Below are positions 16,467 to 20,000 of a stretch of 20,000 nt of DNA, one piece after another. The notes under the pieces were generated by a model. That model had not been told where the DNA came from. It ran no database searches and saw only the letters and a list, made by a program, of their open reading frames with translations. Position numbers and translations under genes: made by a program. The DNA lies in NCBI GenBank assembly GCA_900617105.1, contig UYFQ01000098.1:118749-138748 (forward strand). The letters run 5' to 3'. The DNA is from Hydrurus foetidus (Eukaryota). Every line of letters begins with the position of its first letter. Position 1 is the stretch's first letter.

Positions 16467-19400
16467 ATGCCAAAACCTAAGAAGGCCATTCTGCACGCAC
16501 CTTTAACCAAGGAAGTCGTGAGGTCAGGTTGTCATACAACGTTCACGTGTAACGTTACCCAGGTTGGTTCCGAGGGAGTCGCGACCCAAGGTTCATGTGG
16601 TGATGTGGGTTGTGAGCGACTGGCTAGTGTCACGACTAGACTCGCAAAACGTACGGGTGATACCCCGCACCTAGGTGGTGACTCGATTCCCACCCTCACA
16701 CATACCTCTGGGGACTCTGTTACATCAGACTATGACGTGGAAGCCTTATGGCCAAGCGGTGTCGCACTCTCCGTTGACGAGATTGACGATGACAACACTG
16801 GCACTTCCACACCTTTCTTGCGTGACAAGACGTGCCGAAATGTACCGCCCAACGGGCCGGATGATTTTGTCTTAGATTCATTTTGAGGGAGATGAAAGCC
16901 TTCAAAAATGAACTCTGTACTCTCTGTTCTCATCACTCCGATATTTTCAGTGATTAGCTAGCCCCGCAAGCTGCACACCTCAAGCCGTTTGAGTTCAAAC
17001 TGCCTCGGCAGAAATGGGAGGTTCCATCGAACCACGCACCAATGCGACCCCAATCCTCTAAAAAGGAACATTACCTCCGCACTTCAATCGAAGAAATGTT
17101 GGAGGATGGTGTGATCGAGAGGTCGAACGCTGCATACCACAATCATCCGGTGATGGTAAATAAGACAGCCGATACGTATCGAACCTGCATCGACTATCGT
17201 GCACTCAATGAATGCATTGAGTCGGCCTCCTTTCCCCTACTCAATATCAAACACCTCTTTGAGAGGATCGGTAATAAAAAAACCGGATATTTACGGAGTG
17301 ATGGATTTAACCGCAGGTTATCACCAAGCACCTCTGTACACACCCCACCGAATCTATACCGCATTTATATGTTTCATGGGGGTGATTCAGTTCACGAGAT
17401 TGCCTTTTGGCCCTTGTCGATCCCCCTCTTACTTTCAGGAGCAGATGGTGACAATGGTCCTTTACGGTCTCATATACAGCTGTTGCGAGATGTATCTCGA
17501 TGACTGTATTGTATATGGCCGGGGCGAAGCAGAGTTTCTCGAGAATCTGCGCAACGTCTTTGAAAGATTTCGACTTAAGAATCTTAGGCTCAAAGCAAAG
17601 AAATGCAGATTCGGTCTCAAACGTATCGAATACGTGGGACGAGTCATAGACAAAGATGGATTATCCATGTCTAAAGAGAAGATTGAGACAGTACTCAACT
17701 TCCCTCTTCCTAAAGAAGTAACATCCCTTCGAGGATTTCTTGGCTTAGCCAACTATTTCCGTCAATTTGTTCCGTTTCATTCGGACATTGTCAAACCACT
17801 TCAAATGATGGTGGACCCAAAGGCACTTAAACGTTCCCCCATATATTGGACCCCCGAGGGGACTTTAGCATTTAATGAGACTAAAATCGCGGTATCGCGT
17901 TGTCCTTTAATGTACTTCATCAATGATGATTCACCCATCAGATTATATACTGATGCATCCGACTATGGAATCGGTGGTGTACTATTCCAAATTGTTAACA
18001 CCGTGTGGAGACCAATTGCCTTTATAAGCAAATCTCTATCGACAACACAAATTAATTGGTCAACGATACAGAAAGAAGCTTATGCTATCTTTTTCTGTTG
18101 CCAACAACTCGATTATCTCATTCGAGACCGAAAGTTCACTATTCATACTGATCATATGAATTTGACTTATATGAAACAAAACCCTACCTCAATGGTAACA
18201 CGGTGGTTCATTGCAATGCAAGAACTTGATTTTACCGTACACTTTGTCAAGGGGTCAGATAATGAACTAGCTGATGCTCTGTCACGGCTATGTCCAAACC
18301 TTACTGAAATTGCTCTGCCTAAGACAATCAGGTCCGATGGTGATACGTCATCATCATCTTCTTCATCGTCATCTTACACAGTTTCGGCTTTGACGGTTAT
18401 TGAACCGCCGACAGATGAACAGAATGTTTACATTCAAATGTGCCACAATGCAATTGTTGGTCACAACGGTGTCGACCGTACCCTCACTCGACTCTTTAGT
18501 CTTAACCACGTGTGGAAAAATATGAAACAGCACGTACGCTCGTTCATACGAAACTGCCCATGCTGTCAGAAATTGAGCGCAGTTGATACAAAAATCAGCG
18601 CTGCTCATTTTTCAACTTCAACACATGCTATTTTCGATACATTAAATATCGATTATATTGGCCCATTCCCTGATAAAGGGTATATTCTTGTCATAATTGA
18701 CGCCTTCTCCAGATGGACAGAAATGTTCTGGTGTAAGGATGCTACTGCTCAGTCTGCATGTGAATGCTTACTGACTCATTTTGGTCGATTCGGATCGCCA
18801 AATATGATTAGATCCGATCGAGGATCCCACTTCGCTAATGATCTCATTAAAGAGTTCTTAGACCTTACGGGGACACCCCATAATCTCACTTTGGCTTACT
18901 CCTCACAAGAGAATGCCATTGTAGAAAGGGTCAACAAAGAAGTGAATAGACACTTACGCGGTCTCGTGTTTGATACACCATCTCTTGAACACTATGCTAA
19001 ATGCATACCATTTGTTCAACGCATCATTAACAGTTCAGTTAATCGACGAACAAATGCAAGTCCTGCTTCGATTTTATTCGGCAATAAACTTGATTTGAAT
19101 CGGGGTATTTTAACACCTCATCTATTACCAACGTTGACATCTTCGAATTCAACATACATCACAGATCTCATCGATATACAGGACAAGGTCCTCGATGCAG
19201 CAATCGTTTCTCTTCAGAAATGTGATGACAAACACAAAAAGTCCACACAAGGTGTGACAGTGTTCCCTATAGGGTCATATGTTCTTGTAAAACAGGAACA
19301 CCCTCCCACTCGATTACACACAAAGTGGAAAGGTCCTTTCCGTGTTGTCTCCTTGAGGGATCCGAGTATGTTCTCGCGAACTTAATTACACATAAGCACA

Positions 19401-19705
19401 ATAGTGTACATGTGAAGAATCTTAAGATTTTCAATTATGACCCATCAATGGGCATACCTGCTGATACAGCACGTCGCGATTACATGGAGTATTTCGTTGA
19501 GAAAGTTCTTAGTCACACTGGTGATTCAAAGAAACCGACATCCATGTCGTTCCATGTTAAATGGCTCAACTATGATAACTCACATAATACATGGGAGCCT
19601 TGGAAGAATCTCCGGCTCTGTGAAGCACTCCATGTATACTTGCGGAATAATAACATGTCACGTTTTATTCCCAAGAATCTTGAGGGATCAACCGATGAGG
19701 TTTGA
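16467..19705 (+). mobile_element. 5'-truncated, degenerate Ty3/gypsy chromovirus-type LTR retrotransposon (pol region; no LTR identified in the window)
   Basis: RT-RH-IN-chromodomain order; pre-RT linker from ~16467; gag and protease not found; the AT-rich 3' region runs off the window end. Confidence 0.9.
16880..19705 (+). pseudogene. pol: Gypsy pol (RT, RNase H, integrase, chromodomain) with frameshifts and a stop
   Basis: RT YRTCIDYRALN, MDLTAGYHQ, RLPFGP, MYLDDCIV; RH LYTDASDYGIGGVL, EAYAI, TDH, LADALSR; IN HHCC (CHNAIVGH..CPCC), NIDYIGP, RSDRGSHF, VERVN, KWKGPFRV; chromodomain EYFVEKVLSH..FHVKWLNYDNSHNTWEPWKNL. Lesions: shifts at ~16880-16910, TAG 16955-16957, +1 in A7 17276-17282, -1 near 19352. 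Confidence 0.92.
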
Positions 19706-19894
19706 GTTCGAACGTATTATCTTTTGAAGATTTTTTAGCCTAATTTTTGCCCTCAAGGGATTTTTATGGTTTTTTAGTCAGTAAAAATCTGACATAATTA
19801 CGTTTTCGACCCTCGTACAACAGTACTCTACTGTTTTGTACAACCCACCTTATCTTTCGACATCGAACCCCACTTCTCTGCTACTTTTCTTTTG

Positions 19895-20000
19895 TAAATA
19901 TTTTTATGTAACATTTTTTAATTTTATTTTATTTTATTTTATTTTATTATATTTTATTTTCAAAATTTTTCGTTAATAAATTTGTCAATAATTTATTTTT
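19895..20000. repeat. AT-rich low-complexity (TTTTA)n tract
   Basis: ATTTTATTTTATTTTATTTT... visible at 19921-19960 within a T-rich stretch. Confidence 0.85.

Noticed and set aside
17276..17282. Programmed ribosomal frameshift in gypsy pol
   Set aside because: It lies inside the RT domain rather than at a gag-pol junction, and other lesions are present; mutation or homopolymer error is more likely.

Overview
Eukaryotic nuclear DNA, probably from a stramenopile/ochrophyte-like protist (inferred only from the CoDi-type copia element and the intron style). The first ~6.1 kb hold one 7-exon, + strand host gene of the FHIP/FAM160 (RAI16-like) family, about 1392 aa once spliced. The remaining ~14 kb are a transposon cluster with five elements. 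(1) A ~340-bp Tc1/mariner-type MITE with TA target-site duplication (TSD), split by the next element. (2) A full-length, ORF-intact Ty1/copia (CoDi-like) LTR retrotransposon on the - strand (6825-12323, ATTTT TSD). (3) A 926-bp internally deleted hAT element (8-bp TSD) hiding a frameshifted BED finger. (4) A second hAT remnant with an intron-containing transposase 5' fragment and a 7-mer subterminal array. (5) A 5'-truncated, frameshifted chromodomain-bearing Ty3/gypsy pol. The most notable signals are in the copia element. It has no recognisable tRNA primer-binding site (PBS); instead an 11-nt segment abutting the 5' LTR is perfectly complementary to a site inside the LTR, the geometry of Tf1-like self-priming. 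Its gag and pol are in the same frame, separated by one UGA-C followed by a potential stem, suggesting stop-codon readthrough. All family calls come from recalled motifs, not database searches.
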